A stretch of DNA of 64,000 nt from Rhizophagus irregularis (Eukaryota). The translations under genes and the position numbers were made by a program. Below, one piece after another: positions 28,009 to 36,711 of this stretch. Below the pieces are notes generated by a model, which saw only the letters and a list, made by a program, of their open reading frames with translations, did not search any database and was not told the origin of the DNA. Numbering within the stretch: the first letter of the stretch is position 1; the number at the start of each line of letters is the position of its first letter. The DNA lies in the NCBI RefSeq assembly GCF_026210795.1, contig NC_089432.1:5146001-5210000 (forward strand), in the 5' to 3' direction.

Positions 28009-30174
28009 TTATTTTTTATCCCCTCGATTAGCATCAGGAACTATCGGGATAAAAACATTCTTCCCATCACAGGTAAAGGCTATATGTTCACGTGATTCAT
28101 GGACATCATAATTGTAACGTTTCAGACACGTTCGGCTTAACCCAATTTCCCTATGCTTGTAACCACTTAAGACTGCAAGGTCCTCAGTGATAGCATAATC
28201 AGGGGTAAGTTTGATTGTCACTCCCTTTACCATGCCGAATGTCCTACCTGTTCCTGAAGCACCAGATATGTTATATGTAATACTCTTGTCAATATCCAAC
28301 CCTAATTCCTCAGCAGCTTCTCTCTGAATAAAAGACGCATTAGCACAAGTGTCTGCTAAACACTGAATTGCTATTCCATTAACCTCCCCATCCAGTGCTA
28401 AAAGATCTTTAGTATTCTCTAAACGAGCTATGTCAATATCCATAGGATCATCTACCCTGATATCCTCTTCTTGTTCCTCCTCAACTAGGTCCTCCGAAAT
28501 CTCTGTGACTTTTCTAGCAGACAATAACTCCTCCTGAAGAATCTCACGGAGTAATTTCCTAAAGTCTGCAGACCTTAACAGGCTTAATAAATCATTCTTA
28601 GTAACAGCTTTTGCAGGTGTAAACTTACTACCAGTAACTTTCACAGGAATCTTAACAGGGGTTGCTTTGCCTTTCAATGGCACACTAGAAGAGTTAACTG
28701 CTGTCTTATTTGGGGACGACTTAAGAAGTTTTGAGATACTCGAACCTACTTTTTTTGACCCAACACGAACCATATAGACATCACCATCTTTTTCTCTCAA
28801 TTCTACCTTTTCACCAAAACTCGCAGTATCAATGTCCATAGCATCATCATTAAGATCGAGGTTTCTCATTGCTCGGGCCAAATCCAGATCATCACGTCTA
28901 TCTTTAGCCTTCTGAAGTTGTTTTGTAAGTATTTTAGACGTCCCACGTTTATATCCCATAATAAGATCAATAGCATTTTGATGATCATCCAAAGTCCACT
29001 CAGGAGCATCAGGGTCATCACCAACATCATGATCTACATAACCATCATCCCAATCAGGATCCTGAGGATCCTGAACAACACGTCTCTGTGGTTTTGGTCG
29101 AACAGGTTTAATCTGCTGTCTATAGACTGGTGGATTACGAACTGGCCGAGCCTGTAATTGTTTAAATTGCACCTGAAAATTCTTGGTAAGTTCCTCAGCT
29201 TGAGCCTTAAGTAACTCTTGTAATTGTTCTTGAGTAACCCCAGATGACTTTGATGTCAGTACTACAGGTTCCTGTTTTCCTAACGGAGGTTGAGTTACAT
29301 CACTGTAATCTGCTTGAAGTCGTCGATTTCTATCTTGTAACCCCAAGCGCATTTCAGCCCTTCTCCGTTCTAAATTTCTCAGATGTTTAACCAAGTCATC
29401 AGGATTAAGATTACTAAACCTTTCTGCTTCAAAAATATTATCAGCCGAAAGACCTCTAAAGAACTGGTCGATAATAAGATCATCAGTTAGTTTTAGTAAT
29501 TTTCCAGCTCTCTTTACAGTTCTATAAAATGCATCGACTGGCTCATTTTCCTGATAAAGACTGTTAAAACGGATACGTTTCTTTTCATCTAAAATAGTTG
29601 GAAATTGTGTTCTAAGCCAATAAAGCGCCTGGTTAGGTTTAATACCTGGAAAAACTATAGAACGATTATTATTAGCAGCAACACCAGCATCTGCAGTAGC
29701 TGGAGCAGCTCTATCTGTCGGACGAGCACCAGCTCTTCCCCAAGCTTTATCTCCACCTATTAAATCATGGGTAGGAATAAATGCTGCTCTAATAGTTACT
29801 AATGCATTAGCTGCATCTGTAGCATAAACATGTGCTTCAGACCCATTTACATAGGTACCTGCATTTGGTCCTCCTGCACCTTCTGGTATTACTAATGCTA
29901 CAAAAGCAGCTAAATTAGCTCCACCTCTTGAAGTGATACCAGAAAGTTCCCAATTTTTTCCTGTAATTTCTCGATCAAACCATTCAGCCGCTTCACCAGC
30001 CATGCAGCTTCTAAGTATACCCATAGCTCTTTTCCAAGACTCTGGTGGCCCTCCAGCAGCGTATGGGTTAAGATTGATAGTATCAAGATAACCCATATAA
30101 AGCCTAACAAATGTATCAATATCATCAGTAGCTTTACCCTCAAAAATTGGCAATCCTATCGCAGTGGTAGCCAT
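28009..30174 (-). CDS. Ty3/Gypsy-like Gag capsid protein fused to a retropepsin-like aspartic protease
   Basis: PIFEG...DIDTFV, GEAAEWF, LYQENEPVDAFY...IIDQFFRGL (CA/MHR-like); AMDID and PMDID motifs; C-terminal LADTCANASFI...ISGASG...IGLSRTCL retropepsin pattern. Confidence 0.78.
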   Translation of the reverse strand: MATTAIGLPIFEGKATDDIDTFVRLYMGYLDTINLNPYAAGGPPESWKRAMGILRSCMAGEAAEWFDREITGKNWELSGITSRGGANLAAFVALVIPEGAGGPNAGTYVNGSEAHVYATDAANALVTIRAAFIPTHDLIGGDKAWGRAGARPTDRAAPATADAGVAANNNRSIVFPGIKPNQALYWLRTQFPTILDEKKRIRFNSLYQENEPVDAFYRTVKRAGKLLKLTDDLIIDQFFRGLSADNIFEAERFSNLNPDDLVKHLRNLERRRAEMRLGLQDRNRRLQADYSDVTQPPLGKQEPVVLTSKSSGVTQEQLQELLKAQAEELTKNFQVQFKQLQARPVRNPPVYRQQIKPVRPKPQRRVVQDPQDPDWDDGYVDHDVGDDPDAPEWTLDDHQNAIDLIMGYKRGTSKILTKQLQKAKDRRDDLDLARAMRNLDLNDDAMDIDTASFGEKVELREKDGDVYMVRVGSKKVGSSISKLLKSSPNKTAVNSSSVPLKGKATPVKIPVKVTGSKFTPAKAVTKNDLLSLLRSADFRKLLREILQEELLSARKVTEISEDLVEEEQEEDIRVDDPMDIDIARLENTKDLLALDGEVNGIAIQCLADTCANASFIQREAAEELGLDIDKSITYNISGASGTGRTFGMVKGVTIKLTPDYAITEDLAVLSGYKHREIGLSRTCLKRYNYDVHESREHIAFTCDGKNVFIPIVPDANRGDKK

Positions 30175-30953
30175 ATCGTCTCTAGTGGATTGTTTAAAAG
30201 AGGTGGAGGAGGGTTCAATTGTCTAATTCGAAACCATTGTACCTGAATTCTAAGAGCAGCTATCTGTTGGAAAAGTCTATTCCTAAGTCTTCCTAATGTC
30301 TGAATCCCAAAACGCACCCTATTATTAGCATGTGCTAGCTGTGCATTAACCTGTCCAAGTTGCGCATTAGCCAATACAAGTTGTCCTCCAGTCCGAGTAG
30401 CCCTCAGCCGCCAATGATTTAAAAGGATATTACCACGATTCACAGCATTTTGAGCCTCATTACGATCCCTTACTGCTTGAGTATAATCTGCTTGTAATAC
30501 ATTACGTTCATGTCGTGCCTGATTACGTTCACCTATAGCCCGTCGACGAAGCTCTACCATAGTATCATAATCTCTTTGCAGGTTATGGTTTTCTTCTATG
30601 AAATTATCATTGGCAGCACGTATAATAACTAATTGACGTTCTAAATTAGTAAACGTTTCATCAAATGCATTTATCTTACCTTGTGCAAAAACTAACAAAT
30701 CTTTTGTAATACCAAGTTCTTCATATTTTGCTTTACAGCGATACATTAATATATTAATAATATGTTTGATTTGATTATTTGCCTCCTGTATCTCTGAATC
30801 AACAGTTAAACGACCCCTGGTAGTCAATAAATTTGCATGAGCCTTAAGTATTCTAACTAATTCATCATCATTTTCTTCATTGGTCAAGTGTGCAGGAGGC
30901 GGTCCAGTAGGTTCTGAAGGAGTATAAACTGGAATTGGTGTTGATGTCGACAT
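30156..30953 (-). CDS. Coiled-coil protein, probably the N-terminal part of the Gag polyprotein
   Basis: 265-aa heptad-rich ORF overlapping the Gag ATG by 19 nt in the -1 relationship. Confidence 0.7.
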   Translation of the reverse strand: MSTSTPIPVYTPSEPTGPPPAHLTNEENDDELVRILKAHANLLTTRGRLTVDSEIQEANNQIKHIINILMYRCKAKYEELGITKDLLVFAQGKINAFDETFTNLERQLVIIRAANDNFIEENHNLQRDYDTMVELRRRAIGERNQARHERNVLQADYTQAVRDRNEAQNAVNRGNILLNHWRLRATRTGGQLVLANAQLGQVNAQLAHANNRVRFGIQTLGRLRNRLFQQIAALRIQVQWFRIRQLNPPPPLLNNPLETIWLPLR

Positions 30954-30984
30954 AGTATTTAAACTAAGTTAGAATAAAATTCAA

Positions 30985-32208
30985 ATGGATCTTTATGTAT
31001 ACAATTTGGACGAGTACACGACCGACTCAAGACAAGGCAATGAGTTTGCTCCATCATGGCCCTTTCGATTAGCCGTAGCAGGTAGCTCAGACTCAGGTAA
31101 GACAACTATGATCATTAATTTGTTAATGGGTGACAAGAAAGCAAAGGAGGATGGTAATCGGTATGTACTATGTGATGCAGTACTTTTAGTTGGCAGATAT
31201 CTTGACGAGCCAAAGTGGGCAGTTGTACATGATTTTTTCGAAGAGGAGAAGATCCCATTCACTGCAGTAACCCATAGTGAGATTCCAGAGATTGATTCCT
31301 TCGACCCTACTCAAGCTACTGTGGTAATCTTCGAGGATCTGATGGATGCACCTAAAAAAATCCAGGATCTCATCACTGGTTACTTTACACATGGACGACA
31401 CAAAAATATTTCATGTATTTATGTAGCCCAAAGATTCTTTGCCATTCCTAAGGCTATTCGAGAAAATGTTAACTACATCTCACTGCATGGAGGTCATGGG
31501 AGCCTTACAGATACCAAGAGAATCATCCGCCTATATACAGAAGAATCAGAGTCATTAGCACCAGTAATTGATGATCTTACTCTGCAACGTGAATTTGTAG
31601 TGTTTGATCTTAGACGGTCCAAAAGTGATCCACTGTCCATTCGAGTAAGATGGGATACTAGTCTCAGTTCGATCACAGAGCAATCTCAGTTCAATCCTAG
31701 TTCGATCTCAGTTCAATCTCAGTTTGATCCAAGTTTGAACCCAGTTCGATCTCAGTCTGAACCCAGTTCAATCACAGTTCGATCCAAGTTTAGTCCCTAT
31801 GGTCAGAAAGCTGTATTTGAAGCAAAAAAAGGTGGACACTTGATTGAATTTGCTCGGGTATTTCCATCCCCTAAAGAACGTCAACATTTACTTGTACCTG
31901 GTGTCTTAGCCAAGAATGCAGATACCTGGATTAAATATGTCTTTCGGGAAGCTTATGGACTCTCTGGTAAGACCCTAGGAGCTGACTTTCAGGATTTCTT
32001 AGCAAAAGTACAGGGTAAGACTGCAAAGACTGAAACTCTGAAAACTGAGAATGTGAAGGAGTTATTCTCCCGATATGAAGCCCTGAAGTCTAGTCACCCT
32101 CTGGATAATAAACAAATAATAGAAGGTATTGAAGTCCTTCTACAGATCTTTTCTAAGAGCCACATGGACCGTCGAGCATTACAAGTAGGAATTAATAGTA
32201 TCTTGTGA
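30985..32208 (+). CDS. A32-like (FtsK/HerA) DNA-packaging ATPase with C-terminal extension
   Basis: Walker A GSSDSGKT, Walker B VVIFED, and FTHGRHKNISCIYVAQ arginine-finger/Q motif typical of Polinton and poxvirus A32 ATPases. Confidence 0.9.
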   Translation: MDLYVYNLDEYTTDSRQGNEFAPSWPFRLAVAGSSDSGKTTMIINLLMGDKKAKEDGNRYVLCDAVLLVGRYLDEPKWAVVHDFFEEEKIPFTAVTHSEIPEIDSFDPTQATVVIFEDLMDAPKKIQDLITGYFTHGRHKNISCIYVAQRFFAIPKAIRENVNYISLHGGHGSLTDTKRIIRLYTEESESLAPVIDDLTLQREFVVFDLRRSKSDPLSIRVRWDTSLSSITEQSQFNPSSISVQSQFDPSLNPVRSQSEPSSITVRSKFSPYGQKAVFEAKKGGHLIEFARVFPSPKERQHLLVPGVLAKNADTWIKYVFREAYGLSGKTLGADFQDFLAKVQGKTAKTETLKTENVKELFSRYEALKSSHPLDNKQIIEGIEVLLQIFSKSHMDRRALQVGINSIL

Positions 32209-32752
32209 GAATATCAAGTAATTCGTCTGCAGAAGCTTTAAGAATCATAGCACTTTTTTTACGGCCTTCAAAGTCAATCCTTAACATCTTAGCCTTCAAC
32301 CCTATTGCTCCTAAAGCACGAGAAGCAAAGTTCTTAGTCATTGGATTACTTATATGATTTACATAGTTCTCATAGAATGTAGTGAAAGGCTCGTCAATAC
32401 CATCTGGATATGTATCCCTTAGAAATTGATATAAAGCAATTTCTCCACTGTCATAACCTATGGCTATAAGCTGTTCGAGAAGCCACTTCCTAATATCTTC
32501 ATATGGCTCTCCATCCATAATATTCATATCCAGTTTTTGTGTAAACAATTGTGTAAAGTCCACATTACTTCCCCGACGAATGATCTGAACTAACTTATCC
32601 CTAGCAAGTCCCAAGGCTTGTAAAGGTTCACTCTCGTCGCCAATCTTCTTTATAATCTGTCTATACAACACGCTGGATAATCCTCTATATGCTGTTTTTG
32701 GAGTGATTACTCCACAGTTTTGGCATTGGTTTATTACGATTGATGTTGACAT
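32192..32752 (-). CDS. Hypothetical protein, possible C-terminal winged helix
   Basis: 186-aa ORF; FTTFYENY...TKNFASRAL resembles the D5 C-terminal wHTH pattern; upstream TTTTGAA motif. Confidence 0.6.
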   Translation of the reverse strand: MSTSIVINQCQNCGVITPKTAYRGLSSVLYRQIIKKIGDESEPLQALGLARDKLVQIIRRGSNVDFTQLFTQKLDMNIMDGEPYEDIRKWLLEQLIAIGYDSGEIALYQFLRDTYPDGIDEPFTTFYENYVNHISNPMTKNFASRALGAIGLKAKMLRIDFEGRKKSAMILKASADELLDILTRYY

Positions 32753-32797
32753 GGCTATCTTTCTTTATGTAAAAAAGAATTATTCAAAATTAAGTAA

Positions 32798-33379
32798 CTA
32801 TTCGGAGCAGTCCTTGCACAACTTGTCCGTTAAGTCACTTGGGCTTACAGGCATGAGACATTCCCTACACAACTCAATATTAAGCTCTGCAAGTCTCGGG
32901 GTATGGTCTTCCAAAGTTCGTGGACGACCGGAAGGACCGGAGGAAAGTGTTCCGTTAGTCGTATCTTGCTGTAAGATAAAATCATCATATTCATCTTGGT
33001 CAGCCTGAATAGCAGTCCTGATTTGTTGTATATCATTGAAAGTTAACCGCTGCCCATCAAGATTTTCCTCATTATAGCGTGTTTCATTGATGATTTCCTC
33101 TATAAGCGCCTCTTCTTCATAATGGACAAGGTAGTAATCCTCAACTACCTCATAGTCACTCTCAATCAGTCTATAATATGTTCTAGTACCACGTCGAACA
33201 TAACGTCCTGTATCTGTATTTAAATATACAGGTTGCTCTTCAGGTGGAGGTGCAGTTTGTCTACAGACAAGCCTTCCATCAATATAATCATGGGATTCCA
33301 TAACTATTCGATTAAAGGTATCTCCACCGATAATAATTGGACGTCCAGTTATAGGGTTAGCTATATAAGGGTAAGACAT
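32798..33379 (-). CDS. Protein with two NPxTGR-type (2-cysteine-adaptor-like) repeats and a C-terminal CxxC/CxxC finger
   Basis: IANPITGRPIIIGGDTFNRI, YLNTDTGRYVRRGTRTYYRL and CREC...CKDC. Confidence 0.65.
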   Translation of the reverse strand: MSYPYIANPITGRPIIIGGDTFNRIVMESHDYIDGRLVCRQTAPPPEEQPVYLNTDTGRYVRRGTRTYYRLIESDYEVVEDYYLVHYEEEALIEEIINETRYNEENLDGQRLTFNDIQQIRTAIQADQDEYDDFILQQDTTNGTLSSGPSGRPRTLEDHTPRLAELNIELCRECLMPVSPSDLTDKLCKDCSE

Positions 33380-33437
33380 GTCTTTTTTCTGTACGTGTCT
33401 ACATACCTAATAGTTTTCTTCAATTTACAATAACCAA

Positions 33438-33648
33438 GTGACACGGTCATCAGTCCTTATCAAAAAATACGAGAATACCTGATGACAAGGTTACATGGTC
33501 ATCAATCCTTATTAAAAAATGCAAGGATACCTGATGATAAGGTTACATGGTCATCAATCCTTGTCGAAAAAATGCAAGGATACCTGATGATAAGGTTACA
33601 TGGTCATCAGTCCTTGTCAAGAAATATGAGGATACCCGATAAATAAGC
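33438..33648. repeat. Four tandem ~52-bp imperfect palindromic repeats
   Basis: Unit GGTTACATGGTCATCA(A/G)TCCTT...AAAAAATGCAAGGATACCTGATGATAA. Confidence 0.9.
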
Positions 33649-33665
33649 TACTCCTGTTAGTCCAT

Positions 33666-34070
33666 TCATACCACTCCCAGTCCCCAAGGATCGCCTCCCC
33701 ATCTTTGTTCACTTAATGCATACTCTATGGTTTCCCTCTCTTGGGGGTCCACGACCATCCCATTCCTAAGCATTTTTTCCATAATATAAAGCTGATCCTC
33801 GGTAAGGCAGTTTATCCATCTTTTATAGAGGTCGTTTACATCTTCAAACGTTATCCAGTCAATTTCCCTCTTTATATAATGCTTTCCGAGAGCTCGGATT
33901 TCACAGTACACATCCCTGATCGTAGTGGCATAATTTTTCCACCTCTTATATGCCTCTCGACGAACTTCCTGCCACCACACTCTATCTACCTTACTCGCTG
34001 CAATAAGGTCAGTATCCGGGATTTTTGTGACAATGCGTTCGACTATTTCTACTGGTAACCGGTCTAACAT
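33666..34070 (-). CDS. F-box protein (element-borne)
   Basis: LDRLPVEIVERIVTKIPDTDLIAASKVDRVW is a clear F-box consensus. Confidence 0.8.
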   Translation of the reverse strand: MLDRLPVEIVERIVTKIPDTDLIAASKVDRVWWQEVRREAYKRWKNYATTIRDVYCEIRALGKHYIKREIDWITFEDVNDLYKRWINCLTEDQLYIMEKMLRNGMVVDPQERETIEYALSEQRWGGDPWGLGVV

Positions 34071-34163
34071 GATGTTATGTTACTTATACTATAGCCATCT
34101 TCAATTACTGTATGCCCATTACAAATGGATAAAAAATATAAACTAAATTCGTACAGGAGCCGC

Positions 34164-34634
34164 TTATGCAAGAAGTTCTGCTAAGGTTTTCTCAGCCTCA
34201 TTCATAGTGACAGCTCGCTTTGGGGGACCTGTTAATGAGTCCTTAGTTACATTATAATACAACTCGAAGAGGGCCTCAAGTTTGTCTAAAAGAGCTTGTT
34301 TATTCTTGTATGATTCACGAATCTTTGCTATCTTAGCAGTATATGCTGCATTATCTGGGAAGAGTTTTCTGGCCACGAACTTCACATATGATACAGGAGA
34401 CTTTGCTGTCTGGATTCTCTTGATATACTTCACATGATCCTGGACAAGGTAGCTGGTTTTGCTAAACCCAGATACTAATGCGACTACTATAGTGTCTTTC
34501 AATGCACGGATAATCTTGAGGACAGTTTCATCAGAGACAATGGTGAACTGATTGTGTGATGCATCATAAATAACTTTATCACTAATGCTGTCAGTGCTGT
34601 TAATAATGCTTGCTAATTCGGTATATGTTGACAT
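34164..34634 (-). CDS. Hypothetical protein
   Basis: 156-aa ORF co-oriented with neighbours, with upstream motif and downstream T-run. Confidence 0.65.
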   Translation of the reverse strand: MSTYTELASIINSTDSISDKVIYDASHNQFTIVSDETVLKIIRALKDTIVVALVSGFSKTSYLVQDHVKYIKRIQTAKSPVSYVKFVARKLFPDNAAYTAKIAKIRESYKNKQALLDKLEALFELYYNVTKDSLTGPPKRAVTMNEAEKTLAELLA

Positions 34635-34747
34635 GATTCCTTATACTTTTTTGTACTTTGTAATAAATAGGAATCTTCAAATTGACTTTACATTCAAGCA
34701 AGAAAAAATATATATACCTACTGTAAATCCAACCGCATTCTTGGCAA

Positions 34748-36628
34748 TCATGTCCAGATAACCTTGTTTGCATTTTTCACATGGCAGTATCCTGCGGTTT
34801 CAAACTTGAGAGCTTTCAATGCTTTGGATGCATTTTCTGGACAAGTGATAAGTGTAGGACTACTCGGCTGTTCCTCTAGAATAAATCCATCTGTATGGAT
34901 GCGTCGTACTTTATCCTTATATGGTTCTAATAACTCTGAAGTCGTCTTCCGTCCATGTGCTAATAAGAATGGAGCGATCCTAGGATACTCACCCTTGAAG
35001 GGACTACCTGGGTTTGTGAACTGGAATCGCCACTGGTCAGATCCTACTGGTACGATGGAGTCAAGTGTGTGGCCTTCTGGAAACTTGAATGGATCTGTTT
35101 GATCTGTGGTGAGTGTCTTGTAATTGCGTTTCCTCTGGCAGAGTGCTCCCCATAGTGTATTGAGAACTCTCTTTGCAACACGACCGGCCACGCCACCCTG
35201 GTTCTTTATATTGAAGAGAAAGTGGACATACTCACCAAATATTACAGTCCCAGGAATTCTTGCTTCTCTGTCATATATCAAGGCATTTGGCTTTCCATCC
35301 TGGATTAACTGTATATCGAGTCCAAGTTTCTTTGCTCGTTGTAAGTCAATGAATGTATAGACTCCCCTCTTATTCTGTCGGAAGAGAATGTCATTACCAC
35401 TTACCTTGCCCTTGGGCGCTCCCTGGGAGCTAGCACGAAATAATCCATACAAGGCATAACCTCTATGGTCTACAAAGTCTTTGAGTATTTGAAACTTACC
35501 TTGTCGGATTGGAAAGTTTGCATTTGATTGCTGAATACTTGGATACAAACTTGTCACGTCGTATTGCCTTCCATAGCCCTTCCATTCATTGTCTGCCCAG
35601 ATAAGACCTCCCATCATTGCATCACTTATCCACTCTGCTTCGACTGGGTCAAGAGGATCATTGGCTGGAACCCCTACACTAAACCGTTCAAAAAGCCAGA
35701 GTGCAGTTCTCTTGTACGACCAGTTGTGGTAAGATAAGTCGATTCCTAGACCGAACTTCTTTGTAGCCTGTAGGAAGGAATCCCGCTCTTCATGGATCCT
35801 CTGGTATGTTTTCTCAAGTGTTTCATATATTCCAGTTTTACAATTCTTCTCGATAGGGATGAAGGAGTAACTATCAGAGTTCTTACCTTTCTGAAACTGT
35901 CCAACTGTAAGAGACTTAACTGTCTTACCATTGTATATTGTTACTACATTATTAACCCCATCTTCACGATAAACAAAGGGAGACTTTTGTTTTCTATCTA
36001 ATTTGCTAGGGTGGAGTCTTCCGGGATTCAGTGCAAGAGAGTAGTGGCCTTCAGACAGGATAAGTGTTGCACGTCTGTCAGATTTGCTCTTGGAAATTCG
36101 AGTGGAATCCCCTACAATATTAAGTGCAAGGCTTCCTGCAAGTTGTTCAACCTTATCCATATATGAGACTGGAACTGGAGCATCACGATTGAGACCTAAT
36201 GCCTTTTTGATATACTCGGGCTTTTTGATTGACTTTGGCATTTTAGAGAATGTGCCGTAGATATATTTCAGGCATTCATACAGGCAATCATTTAGCTCCC
36301 CGTTGCAACCCCCTGCAACCGGTGGGGCATCTCTCACATAAATTATGAATCGTTCAAAATAATCAGGGTCTGCATCATCCGGTAGTTGTGCTTCGTCGTA
36401 GTGGTCCAAGAGTGAGAAGAGGCTGGCTGGTTGGTTTCCTGATGTCCATCCACCGGGTTTCCAGTTTTCATAGGGAAGCAGAATCTGAAATTTATGTGTC
36501 GGATACCGGGATTGGAGTTGCTGTCCAAGTCTGGCAATAGCTCCTCTAGAAAATCTTGCGCCTGAATACTGTAGTTCTTTGATATCTGGTCTTGTAGGCA
36601 AAGCACGTGCAATTTTTGAATAGGCCAT
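34748..36628 (-). CDS. Divergent protein-primed family B DNA polymerase
   Basis: MMGG, YDVTSLYPS, KRVLNTLWGAL and RIHTDG polymerase motifs; N-terminal NDCLYECL...GHY. Confidence 0.88.
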   Translation of the reverse strand: MAYSKIARALPTRPDIKELQYSGARFSRGAIARLGQQLQSRYPTHKFQILLPYENWKPGGWTSGNQPASLFSLLDHYDEAQLPDDADPDYFERFIIYVRDAPPVAGGCNGELNDCLYECLKYIYGTFSKMPKSIKKPEYIKKALGLNRDAPVPVSYMDKVEQLAGSLALNIVGDSTRISKSKSDRRATLILSEGHYSLALNPGRLHPSKLDRKQKSPFVYREDGVNNVVTIYNGKTVKSLTVGQFQKGKNSDSYSFIPIEKNCKTGIYETLEKTYQRIHEERDSFLQATKKFGLGIDLSYHNWSYKRTALWLFERFSVGVPANDPLDPVEAEWISDAMMGGLIWADNEWKGYGRQYDVTSLYPSIQQSNANFPIRQGKFQILKDFVDHRGYALYGLFRASSQGAPKGKVSGNDILFRQNKRGVYTFIDLQRAKKLGLDIQLIQDGKPNALIYDREARIPGTVIFGEYVHFLFNIKNQGGVAGRVAKRVLNTLWGALCQRKRNYKTLTTDQTDPFKFPEGHTLDSIVPVGSDQWRFQFTNPGSPFKGEYPRIAPFLLAHGRKTTSELLEPYKDKVRRIHTDGFILEEQPSSPTLITCPENASKALKALKFETAGYCHVKNANKVIWT

Positions 36629-36711
36629 TTGATATAACTATGAATTGTATTCAATTGTAATATAGGTTTTTTATATAAAAAATATAAGATAACTAAGAGG
36701 CGCTTATCTTA

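Noticed and set aside
26857..30174. Gag-PR plus chromo-integrase read as a chromovirus LTR retrotransposon
   Set aside because: The genes are convergent on opposite strands, there is no RT/RNase H, LTR, PBS or PPT, and both lie inside one TIR pair with pPolB and ATPase
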